Source of the DNA: Patescibacteria group bacterium
GTDB lineage: Bacteria; Patescibacteriota; JABMPQ01; JAQVVF01
NCBI GenBank assembly: GCA_041662665.1
Contig: JBAZSC010000001.1
Location: 129,511-193,510, forward strand
Direction of reading: 5' to 3'
DNA: 64,000 bases
Shown here: positions 29,158 to 37,627 of the stretch, piece after piece
Position numbering within the stretch: position 1 is the first letter of the stretch
Layout: each line of letters begins with the position of its first letter
The notes under the pieces: generated by a model
What the model was told of the DNA's origin: nothing
Databases searched by the model: none
Seen by the model: the letters and a program-made list of their open reading frames with translations, nothing else
Position numbers and translations under genes: made by a program

Positions 29158-30357
29158 ATGTCTAACAACTTTTATCTCAAAATTTTGGCCATAATCTCTG
29201 CAATTTGTTTGTGGTTTTTTGTCATTAACGAAGGCTTTAGAGTTGATAATTTAGATACTGAATTGACAATTAAAGCACAGAATCTTTCTGAAGATTTGAT
29301 AATTACTAATAATTTGCCAAACGTTAAAGTAAAATTGCGCGCTCCAAATGACGTCTGGCAAAAAAAAGATATTGCCACCAAAATAGATGCCTCAATTAAT
29401 TTGCAATATTATAGCCAAGGTGAATATGATATTGAAGTAAAAGTAGAAGCTTTAGACAAGAATATTCAAATCATAGAACAAGAGCCAAAATCAGTTCACG
29501 TAATTTTATCGCCAATTATTTCAATTGAAAAACAAGTTGAATTAGAAACATCTGGAAATTTGGGCAAAGATTATCAAGCATCCAAACCAAAATTTTCACA
29601 AAGCGAAGTTAATGTTGAAAGCGCTCAAGTCATTTTAGATAAAATTGTTAAAGTTGTTGCGCCAATAAAATATAATGGCGAAATGTCAGAAATTAAAAAG
29701 ACTGTAGAATTAGAAGCCAGAGATAAAGATAATAAAAAAATTGATAAAGTAAATATTCTGCCAAAAACAGTTGAAGTTATTATTCCTGTTAATAAAGAAA
29801 ATGGCGAAAAAACAGTTGGTGTTAAAGCAAATATTATTGGCAATTTGCCTGCTGGCGCTACGATTGAAAAAATAGAAACCAATCCGTCAACTGTTACGAT
29901 CAAAGGCAAGAATGAAAAGATTAAGGATATTGACACAGTCGAAACGGAAATCATAGATTTAAGTGAAATGACAGAAGATGTTAATGAAAAAAAAGTTAAT
30001 TTAAATTTGCCAGATGGAATTGAAATCTTAGGCAATCCGCAAATTACAGTCAAAATTTATTTAAACCAGCAAACAATTTCCAAACAATTTTCAGGCATTA
30101 TAAAATACAAAAATCTTAACGATCAATTTAAAGTTGGTGGTATTATGCCAAGTCGCATCCAATTGACAATTGAAGGCCCATCTGCTAAAATCAATAGCTT
30201 AAATGAGGATGATGTTTTTATAGAAATTGATTTAGCAAATAAAACAGAAGGAACTCCAGAATTTAGTATTTCGCCTGAAAGCATTTCAGTCCCATCAGGC
30301 ATCACTGTTAAGAGCGTTGAAACAAGATCAATCAAAGTTATTATTGTCAAGAAATAA
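29158..30357 (+). CDS. cdaR: CdaR/YbbR-domain protein
   Basis: Directly after cdaA; KILAIISAICLWFFV; repeated P..V.(V/I).G YbbR units. Confidence 0.9.
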   Translation: MSNNFYLKILAIISAICLWFFVINEGFRVDNLDTELTIKAQNLSEDLIITNNLPNVKVKLRAPNDVWQKKDIATKIDASINLQYYSQGEYDIEVKVEALDKNIQIIEQEPKSVHVILSPIISIEKQVELETSGNLGKDYQASKPKFSQSEVNVESAQVILDKIVKVVAPIKYNGEMSEIKKTVELEARDKDNKKIDKVNILPKTVEVIIPVNKENGEKTVGVKANIIGNLPAGATIEKIETNPSTVTIKGKNEKIKDIDTVETEIIDLSEMTEDVNEKKVNLNLPDGIEILGNPQITVKIYLNQQTISKQFSGIIKYKNLNDQFKVGGIMPSRIQLTIEGPSAKINSLNEDDVFIEIDLANKTEGTPEFSISPESISVPSGITVKSVETRSIKVIIVKK

Positions 30358-30398
30358 CTTTATAAACTTTATAACTTTAAGAACTTTATAACTCGTTT

Positions 30399-30971
30399 AT
30401 GTTAATTCCCACAGTCATCGAAAAATCAAATTATGGCGAACGTGCTTATGATATTTATTCCAGACTATTAAAAGATAGAATCGTTTTTTTAGGCGGAGAA
30501 ATTGATGATAATTTAGCTAATACAGTTATTGCTCAATTATTATTTCTTGAATCCGAAGACAAAACAAAAGATATTAAATTATACATTAATTCAAATGGCG
30601 GATCAGTTAGCGCTGGACTAGCAATCTATGATACAATGCAATATATCAAGCCAGATGTGTCAACAATTTGTGTTGGCTTGGCTGCATCAATGGGAGCAAC
30701 TCTTCTTTTAGCTGGTGCTAAAAATAAAAGAATGGCTTTGCCAAATGCTGAAATAATGTTGCATCAAATTATGGGTGGAGTACAAGGCCAGGCATCTGAT
30801 ATTGAAATTACAGCCAAACAAATTTTAAAGCTAAAAGAAAGATTAAATAAAATTATTGCTAAACATACCAATCAGAAATTAACTCAAATTGAACAAGATA
30901 CAGATCGTGATTATTATATGACTTCTGATGAAGCTAAAAAATATGGAATCGTTGATCAAATTATAAAATAA
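30399..30971 (+). CDS. clpP: ATP-dependent Clp protease proteolytic subunit
   Basis: [31 protein letters not shown]. Confidence 0.97.
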   Translation: MLIPTVIEKSNYGERAYDIYSRLLKDRIVFLGGEIDDNLANTVIAQLLFLESEDKTKDIKLYINSNGGSVSAGLAIYDTMQYIKPDVSTICVGLAASMGATLLLAGAKNKRMALPNAEIMLHQIMGGVQGQASDIEITAKQILKLKERLNKIIAKHTNQKLTQIEQDTDRDYYMTSDEAKKYGIVDQIIK

Positions 30972-31056
30972 TACAAATATACAAATCTACGCAAATGATG
31001 CGAATATGCAAATTCGTATATTTGTATCATTTGCATAAATTCGTAAATTAGTATTA
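30970..31056. repeat. Periodic imperfect palindrome family C (T(A/G)C(A/G)AAT units)
   Basis: tacaaatatacaaatctacgcaaatgatgcgaat...attcgtatatttgtatcatttgca; second copy 51411-51558. Confidence 0.85.
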
Positions 31057-31063
31057 TAATTTT

Positions 31064-31192
31064 ATGAAAAAAATCACTAGCATTTTAAAATCAATTCCAG
31101 CAGTAATTATTGGATTCATTTCCGGAATATTTTTGTTCGGAGTCTTAGGAATTCTCTGGAGAAGAAAAAAGAAAAAAGAAATTAAAAAATAA
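31064..31192 (+). CDS. Small single-TM protein (42 aa)
   Basis: MKKITSILKSIPAVIIGFISGIFLFGVLGILWRRKKKKEIKK; start just after hairpin, as for other genes. Confidence 0.5.
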   Translation: MKKITSILKSIPAVIIGFISGIFLFGVLGILWRRKKKKEIKK

Positions 31193-31244
31193 TATTTTTC
31201 ATTTAATAAAATTTTGTTAAAATAAAAATAAGGAGGAACAAATT

Positions 31245-31370
31245 ATGAAAAAGAAAAATAATAAAGTTTTAATTGTTTCTAATCAAGAAAGATTAATGAT
31301 TTTAATCGAATTATTATTCAAAAAGAAAATTTTAAGTAAAAAAGAATTTAATTTGTTGCAAGAAGTTTAA
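31245..31370 (+). CDS. Small hypothetical protein (41 aa)
   Basis: AAGGAGG RBS; MKKKNNKVLIVSNQERL... Confidence 0.45.
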   Translation: MKKKNNKVLIVSNQERLMILIELLFKKKILSKKEFNLLQEV

Positions 31371-31379
31371 ATTAAAAAA

Positions 31380-31601
31380 ATGGAAAAAAAATATCAAAGC
31401 AAAACATTTGGATTATTTAAATCAATGCCATCTTTTTCAAGAGGAATAAGCAGAGCTTTTGATTTGACAGGAATTATCAATGAAAATAATTACAATACTT
31501 CAAAAACAGATAAAGAAGCAGATTTTAATGCTTTAAAAGGTGATTGGGAAGTTGTTGGAAATGATTTAAAAACAGCAATAAAAAATTATGACAAAGAATA
31601 A
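31380..31601 (+). CDS. Small hypothetical protein
   Basis: 73-aa ORF; PSFSRGISRAFDL...EADFNALKGDWEVVGNDL; terminator 31634-31662. Confidence 0.6.
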   Translation: MEKKYQSKTFGLFKSMPSFSRGISRAFDLTGIINENNYNTSKTDKEADFNALKGDWEVVGNDLKTAIKNYDKE

Positions 31602-31700
31602 TTATAAAGAAAAAATCAGAAAAAACCAAAAAAAATCTCACCAAGCTAATGGTGAGTTTTTTGTTTTTTATATAAATAAAAAAAAGACCATCAGGTCTTA

Positions 31701-32201
31701 TTAAAAAGTGCTTTTTCCATGCAAAGCCAGAATCAAAGCCAGGAAAGAATTAAAACAGAAATGAGCTATTGTACAGATCATCAATGCTTTAAAACCTTTT
31801 TTATTGATTCCGCCAGTTTTCAAAAAAAGAATGCAAAGCGTAAATCCAGACACACCTTGAACCAAAATATTTGATGACCCTCCATGAAGATACCCAAAGG
31901 CAGCAGATAGCATGATTGCCATTATTAAAGCATAACGAAATTTTTTATCATCAGGAAAATAATTCATTAATAGTAATGGAGCGCGAAAAAAAAGTTCTTC
32001 ACGTAGTGCAAAAGTAAACAATATGATGAACGTTTTATAATTGCATATTGGCATTTCTAGTTCTATTTTTGGTAATTTTATATTACTGAAATGAATTAAT
32101 ATATCAGCAGCAATCAATGAGTAAACCAAATTGAAGAGAAGGGCTGTCAATATTAGCATTGGAATTTCCGAATTTTTGGCTTCATTTTTTAGCCAATCCA
32201 T
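31701..32201 (-). CDS. CPBP (Abi/CAAX) intramembrane metalloprotease
   Basis: EELFFR, FGYLH, AHFCFN; AAGGAGG RBS and own TTGACA promoter. Confidence 0.8.
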   Translation of the reverse strand: MDWLKNEAKNSEIPMLILTALLFNLVYSLIAADILIHFSNIKLPKIELEMPICNYKTFIILFTFALREELFFRAPLLLMNYFPDDKKFRYALIMAIMLSAAFGYLHGGSSNILVQGVSGFTLCILFLKTGGINKKGFKALMICTIAHFCFNSFLALILALHGKSTF

Positions 32202-32301
32202 TTCTTCCTCCTTGTCTAGTTTTAAAGTGCAATAATTTGCTTATCGCAAAGAATAGCATAATAAAACAAAAATTGTCAAGTCTATAAATTTCCTTTTTTC
32301 C

Positions 32302-32330
32302 TTGCCAAATCGTTTTATTTTTGCTATACT
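32302..32330 (+). promoter_or_regulatory. Sigma70-type promoter upstream of rny leader
   Basis: TTGCCA-17-TATACT with TG. Confidence 0.6.
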
Positions 32331-32570
32331 CAAAGGTGCTAAAAAGTAAAAATTTTAGCATGAATTTTATAAATAAATTGGTCGCATACCGTAATTTGTT
32401 GTATTTTCATTAAACTTGAATTATTTTTGAAAAAAATTATGTTTGACTTTTGTAAAAAACTTTATTTAAGCCAAAATTTATCAAAAATCACCAAGATTCT
32501 TTCTTAAAGAATAGTTTTTTAAAACCAAAAAAATCCAAGTTTTCCACTTTTTACGGATGTGAATATTGAA

Positions 32571-34103
32571 ATGAACAGTATCTTATTAGTACTTATTAGC
32601 GCAATTATTGCTTTAATCGTTGGTTTAGCAGCTGGTTACGTATTAAGAAAATTTATTGCCAAAAGCAGGCAAGATTCAATTGAAGCAAAAACTGAAGCGT
32701 TAGTTGAAACAGCAAAAGCAAAACAAAAAGAAATCTTATTAGAAACAAAGACACAGGCTCTAGAAATCAAAGAAAACGCTGAAAAAGATCAGCGAGAAGG
32801 AAGAGCTAAGCTTTTAGATTTTCAATCGAAATTATCTCAAAGAGAAGGAATTCTTAATCAAAAATTAGATTCAATTTCTCAAAAAGAAGAACAATTAGAA
32901 AAAGGCAATCGAACAATTCAAAGAAAAACTCAAGAATTAGGCGAGATCCGAAAAAAACAAATGGCAACATTAGAAAAAGTTGCTTCATTATCACGAGAAA
33001 AAGCCAAAGAAGTTTTGTTAGAAATGGTTGAAAAAGATCAGCAAGAAAGAGTTTTAGGTATTATCAAAAAAGCTGAAAATCGCGCTAAAGACGAAGCTGA
33101 CACAAAAGCAAAAAATATTATTTCTCAAGCAATTGAACGTTATGCTCGTCCTCAAGCTTCTGAATCAACAGCAACAACTGTTTCTTTACCTTCAGACGAA
33201 ATGAAAGGCAGAATTATTGGACGCGAAGGACGAAATATCAAAAGAATTGAAGAATTATGCGGTATTGAAATTGTTGTCGATGATACTCCAGAAGCAATTG
33301 TTATTTCAGGATTTAATCCAATCAGACGCCATGTTGCCAAAAGAACATTGGAAAGATTAATCCAAGATGGCAGAATTCATCCAGCAAAAATCGAAGAAAC
33401 AGTTAATATGGTTAAAAAAGAAATCGCTCATGAAATCAAAGAAGCTGGCGAGCAAGCAGCATATGAATTAGGTATTGCTGATTTAGATTCAAAATTAGTT
33501 CAAGTTTTAGGCAGATTGAGATTCAGATCATCTTATGGACAAAATGTTTTAAGGCACTCCATCGAAGTTGCAAATTTTGCCAAAATCATGGCCGAAGAAT
33601 TGGGAGCTGATGTTAACATCGCTAAAAAAGCTGGTCTTTTGCATGATATTGGAAAAGCAGTTGATCATGAAATTGAAGGAACACACATTGAAATTGGTAG
33701 AAATATTTTGAAAAAATTTGGTGTCTCCGAAGAAATTATTCATGCAGTAGAATGCCATCATGAAGATGTTGAACCGCATACAGTTGAAGCAGTTATCGTC
33801 AAAGCAGCTGATGGAATTTCAGGTGCCAGACCAGGTGCTCGAAAAGATACTTATGAAAATTATATTAAACGTTTAACAGATCTTGAAAATATTGCTTTGA
33901 GCTTCGAAGGTGCAGAAAAAGCTTATGCTATTCAAGCTGGTCGCGAAGTTCGTATTTTCGTTACTCCAGAAGAAGTTGATGACTTGGGAGCAAAGAAATT
34001 AGCTCAAGCTATTGCTGACAAAATTGAAAAAGAACTGCGATATCCAGGTGAAATTAAGGTTAACGTGATTCGCGAGACTCGTGCAGTTGATTTTGCGAGA
34101 TAA
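32571..34103 (+). CDS. rny: Ribonuclease Y
   Basis: N-terminal TM, coiled coil, KH (MKGRIIGREGRNI), HD (LLHDIGK), SGARPGAR. Confidence 0.97.
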   Translation: MNSILLVLISAIIALIVGLAAGYVLRKFIAKSRQDSIEAKTEALVETAKAKQKEILLETKTQALEIKENAEKDQREGRAKLLDFQSKLSQREGILNQKLDSISQKEEQLEKGNRTIQRKTQELGEIRKKQMATLEKVASLSREKAKEVLLEMVEKDQQERVLGIIKKAENRAKDEADTKAKNIISQAIERYARPQASESTATTVSLPSDEMKGRIIGREGRNIKRIEELCGIEIVVDDTPEAIVISGFNPIRRHVAKRTLERLIQDGRIHPAKIEETVNMVKKEIAHEIKEAGEQAAYELGIADLDSKLVQVLGRLRFRSSYGQNVLRHSIEVANFAKIMAEELGADVNIAKKAGLLHDIGKAVDHEIEGTHIEIGRNILKKFGVSEEIIHAVECHHEDVEPHTVEAVIVKAADGISGARPGARKDTYENYIKRLTDLENIALSFEGAEKAYAIQAGREVRIFVTPEEVDDLGAKKLAQAIADKIEKELRYPGEIKVNVIRETRAVDFAR

Positions 34104-34112
34104 ATATAAACA

Positions 34113-34220
34113 TGAAGATATTACGGAAATTATTGATCAAAAACAATATCCTAATATCTTAATATCCGAATATCTAACAAGTTTGTACTGAAAAAACGAT
34201 TTTGATATTACGGATATTAA
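34113..34220. repeat. Periodic repeats (AATATC/GATATT)
   Basis: aatatcctaatatcttaatatccgaatatc flanked by gatattacgga copies. Confidence 0.6.
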
Positions 34221-34233
34221 TAAAATTTATAAT

Positions 34234-34869
34234 ATGGAACCAGGATCACCAGAAGGACAAGTTGTAGAAGAACAAGGACCATTGCCTAAAGAAACACAGA
34301 AAGCATTAGATTTTGTCAATGATATTGAAATGTCTTTGACAACTCCGAAAGAAAAAGAAGAATTTTTTCGTGATTTACAATCACAATTATTTAGTTTTAT
34401 GCTGAATATTAGACCTTCTGTTCTTGCCATTGGCTTTAAAGACCCAGATGCCATCCAAAAATTAGTAGACCAATATAAGAAAAATGCTTTTGTCTATAAT
34501 GGAAAAATGATAGTTGATCGAGATTTAGTTCAGCAAAGAATTTCTGAAGAAACTGATTTTGCTAAAGCATTAGGATGGAAAGACGGAATGAGTATTGATG
34601 CCTGGTTAAAACAAGGGAGTCCAAAGAAAATGGGTAGACAAAGTGGGATAATTGGTTTTTTTCTTGGATATCCTAAAAGTGCAGTTATAGCATATTCATT
34701 TAGACGTATAAAAAAAAGTGTTACTGTAAATATTGAGGGACCTTATGAAAGTGATGCATTAATTTTTGCAACTGACAAAAGTCTTGTCGATTCCGAAGAT
34801 GTTAAAGCTCTAAAAGAAAAATATAAAACAGCTTTTGAAAAAGCTGGATTAGGAAGAGACTTAAAATAA
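34234..34869 (+). CDS. Hypothetical protein
   Basis: 211-aa ORF containing GFFLGYP, between rny and ymdB. Confidence 0.7.
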   Translation: MEPGSPEGQVVEEQGPLPKETQKALDFVNDIEMSLTTPKEKEEFFRDLQSQLFSFMLNIRPSVLAIGFKDPDAIQKLVDQYKKNAFVYNGKMIVDRDLVQQRISEETDFAKALGWKDGMSIDAWLKQGSPKKMGRQSGIIGFFLGYPKSAVIAYSFRRIKKSVTVNIEGPYESDALIFATDKSLVDSEDVKALKEKYKTAFEKAGLGRDLK

Positions 34870-34873
34870 ATTT

Positions 34874-35662
34874 ATGATAATTTTATTCTTCGGTGATATC
34901 GTTGGCAGAGCTGGTCGTTCTGCAATTAAAAAAATATTACCAGAACTAAAAACTAAATATAATCCAGATTTAATAATTGCTAATGGCGAAAATCTTGCCC
35001 ATGGTCTTGGTATTACAAAAAAAACAGTTCAAGAAGTTTTAGATTCAGGTGTTGATGTTTTAACATCTGGAAATCATATTTATGACAAGACAGAAGGCAT
35101 TGAAATGTTACAGCAAGATAGTAATTTGCCAATTATCAGACCAGCAAACTACCCATTAGATAATCCAGGCAAAAGATATATCATTAAACAAGTTCGGACT
35201 AAAAAAGTTTTGATCACAAATGTTTTAGGCCGAGTTTTTATCAAAGAAGATTTAGATTGTCCATTTAAGACAATTGATAAAATTTTAGAAGAAAATAAAA
35301 ATGAAAAAATAGATTTCAGTATCGTTGATTTTCACAAAGAAGCAACTTCAGAAGTCAAAGCTTTAGGTTTTTATTTAGATGGCAAAGTCTCGGTAGTACT
35401 AGGCACTCATACTCATGTTCAAACTTCTGATGAACAAATTTTAGAAAAAGGAACTGCTTATATTTCTGATGTTGGCATGGTTGGACTAAAGGATTCTGTT
35501 TTAGGCGTTCAAAAAGAAAAAGTTATTGATCAATTCTTGACTCAAATGCCTCATCGATGGGAAGTTGATGAAAGCGGAAAATGCATAATCAATGCTGTTG
35601 TCCTTAATTTTGAAAACGACAAAAAAACAATCACAAGAATTAATGAAGAAGTAGAGATCTAA
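34874..35662 (+). CDS. ymdB: YmdB-like metallophosphoesterase (TIGR00282 type)
   Basis: GDIVG, NGEN, TSGNH, RPANYP, DFH.EATSE, GTHTHVQT, DVGM. Confidence 0.93.
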   Translation: MIILFFGDIVGRAGRSAIKKILPELKTKYNPDLIIANGENLAHGLGITKKTVQEVLDSGVDVLTSGNHIYDKTEGIEMLQQDSNLPIIRPANYPLDNPGKRYIIKQVRTKKVLITNVLGRVFIKEDLDCPFKTIDKILEENKNEKIDFSIVDFHKEATSEVKALGFYLDGKVSVVLGTHTHVQTSDEQILEKGTAYISDVGMVGLKDSVLGVQKEKVIDQFLTQMPHRWEVDESGKCIINAVVLNFENDKKTITRINEEVEI

Positions 35663-35817
35663 TTTCTAATTTCTATTAAATTTTCAATGAATAATTTCTA
35701 AACGCAGAGCTAATTGCTCTGTTTTAAATTGTTCTTTGCGCTAAAATAAGTTAAAATAACACTAAGGTTTTAAAATTTATAATTAGAAATTTAATAAAAA
35801 TTGAAAATTGAAAATTG
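35661..35817. repeat. Heptamer palindrome family B variant (TTCTAAT/ATTAGAA)
   Basis: aatttctaatttctattaaattt.../aattagaaatttaataaaaattgaaaattg; related to 54987-55115. Confidence 0.75.
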
Positions 35818-35829
35818 TAATACAAATTT

Positions 35830-36897
35830 ATGTCAAATAAAAATCAAAATGTCTCTGAATTGAGACAAGATATCGTCTCCAAAAACTGGGTCGTTATTGC
35901 GTCAGGCAGATCAAAAAGACCAAAAACCTATCAAGGAATAAAAGTTGCTGTTTTAGAACAGCCAAAAAAAGATTGTCCATTTTGCAATTTTGATAAACAG
36001 CCTGACACTCATGTCACTTTAATTCATCCTTTAATTCCAAATGATCCATATATTGCTGAATTAAAAAAAGAAGGCAACCCTTTGCCTACCTGGAAAAAAG
36101 AGCCATATAGCATCATTGATGTCCAAAACAAATTTCCAGCTTTTGTGTCAGATCAAAAATTTACCGAAAAACAAGTTGGACCTTACAAGGTATTGCCTGG
36201 CTTTGGCTATCATGAAGTCATAATTCCAGCTTCACATAACAAAACTTATGGTCAGTTAGCAGATTCAAGAGTCAAAGAAATAATTGATGTTTTTCAAGCT
36301 CGCTATTTAGCTTTAGCCAAAGAACCTCATATCGATTACATTTCTATAATTCATAATCACAGACCAGAAGCAGGCGCATCAGTTGCTCATCCTCATTCTC
36401 AGCTTTTTGCAATTCCAGTTATTCCAAAAGATATTAGAAATTCTTTGCATGGCTCAAAAAAATATTTTGCCGAACATGGAAAATGTCCACATTGTGAAAT
36501 TTTAGAATGGGAGAGAGAAAAAAAAGTTCGCGTGATTTTTGAAAATGATGATTTTATTGCCATCTGTCCATTTACATCTGTTGTTGCTTTTGAAGTCAGA
36601 ATTTATCCAAAGCTTCACTCGCCATATTTTGAAAGAATCGAAGATACAGAAAAAATAAATCTCGCCAAAGCATTAAAATTTTCTTTAAACAAACTTTATA
36701 AGGCTTTAAATGATCCGCCATTTAATTTTTTTATCCATACCGCACCAGCTGATGAGCAGAATCATGATCATTATCATTGGCATATTGAAATTTTGCCAAA
36801 AGTCACAATCTGGGCTGGCTTTGAATTATCAACAGGTATTGAAATTTCAACAGTCGAACCAGAAGAAGCTGCAAAGCTACTTCGAGATACTAAGTAA
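35830..36897 (+). CDS. galT: Galactose-1-phosphate uridylyltransferase
   Basis: RSKRP, CPFC, NKFPA, GYHEVII, GASVAHPHSQ, HWHIEI. Confidence 0.92.
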   Translation: MSNKNQNVSELRQDIVSKNWVVIASGRSKRPKTYQGIKVAVLEQPKKDCPFCNFDKQPDTHVTLIHPLIPNDPYIAELKKEGNPLPTWKKEPYSIIDVQNKFPAFVSDQKFTEKQVGPYKVLPGFGYHEVIIPASHNKTYGQLADSRVKEIIDVFQARYLALAKEPHIDYISIIHNHRPEAGASVAHPHSQLFAIPVIPKDIRNSLHGSKKYFAEHGKCPHCEILEWEREKKVRVIFENDDFIAICPFTSVVAFEVRIYPKLHSPYFERIEDTEKINLAKALKFSLNKLYKALNDPPFNFFIHTAPADEQNHDHYHWHIEILPKVTIWAGFELSTGIEISTVEPEEAAKLLRDTK

Positions 36898-36974
36898 GAA
36901 AGTTATTAACAAGTTATCATTTGCTATTATCTTTTGGCTTACTTATAATAAAAACATACAAATCTAAAAACAAA

Positions 36975-37085
36975 TGTCATCCTGAGCCAAAGCTTCGGAT
37001 CCCGAGAATAAGAAAATAATTACGGGATTCTTCCTGCCCGCAGTGCTACAGCGTTGCAGGCGGGCGGCTTTGGCCTCAGAATGAC
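36975..37085. repeat. GTCATCCTGAG...CTCAGAATGAC palindromic element with nested 32-bp hairpin
   Basis: Same termini as 60554-60630; extra segment at 37033-37064. Confidence 0.85.
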
Positions 37086-37142
37086 GCGAAATTTTTCATT
37101 TTGCATTTATAATTTTTAATTTTTTGAGAGGTGGTGATAATT

Positions 37143-37424
37143 ATGACTAAGATGGCTTTAATTGAAAAACTATCTGCCAAATTAGGTATTTCAAAAAGAG
37201 AAACTGATAAATACATTTCAACATTTGTTGAAATCGTCACTGAAGAGTTAAAACAGAATAATAAAGTTGCTGTTACTGGTTTTGGTACTTTTTCTGTTTC
37301 AGATCGAAAAGCAAGAGAAGGTGTCAATCCACAAAATCCAAAACAAAGAATTACAATTCCAGCGATGAAATTACCAAAATTTACTGCAGGAAAAACACTT
37401 AAAGATAAATTACGTGCTGTTTAA
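37143..37424 (+). CDS. hup: DNA-binding protein HU
   Basis: GFGTF, AREGVNPQ, PKFTAGKTLK; terminator 37445-37475. Confidence 0.95.
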   Translation: MTKMALIEKLSAKLGISKRETDKYISTFVEIVTEELKQNNKVAVTGFGTFSVSDRKAREGVNPQNPKQRITIPAMKLPKFTAGKTLKDKLRAV

Positions 37425-37487
37425 GATTTTATTTTTATATATTTAAAAAGGCGAGAATCAATTCTCGTCTTTTTTAAAAAACCAAAA

Positions 37488-37601
37488 AAAATCCCAAATA
37501 CCAAATCCCAAACAAATTACAATAACCAAATTACAAAATTTTAAGAATAAGTTTTGTGATTTGTAATTTGTTAATTGTTTGGAATTTGGGATTTGTAATT
37601 T
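37488..37601. repeat. Heptamer palindrome family A, empty copy
   Basis: aaatcccaaataccaaatcccaaacaaatt...attgtttggaatttgggatttgtaattt. Confidence 0.9.
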
Positions 37602-37627
37602 CGACGTTTAATTGTTAAAATCATTTC

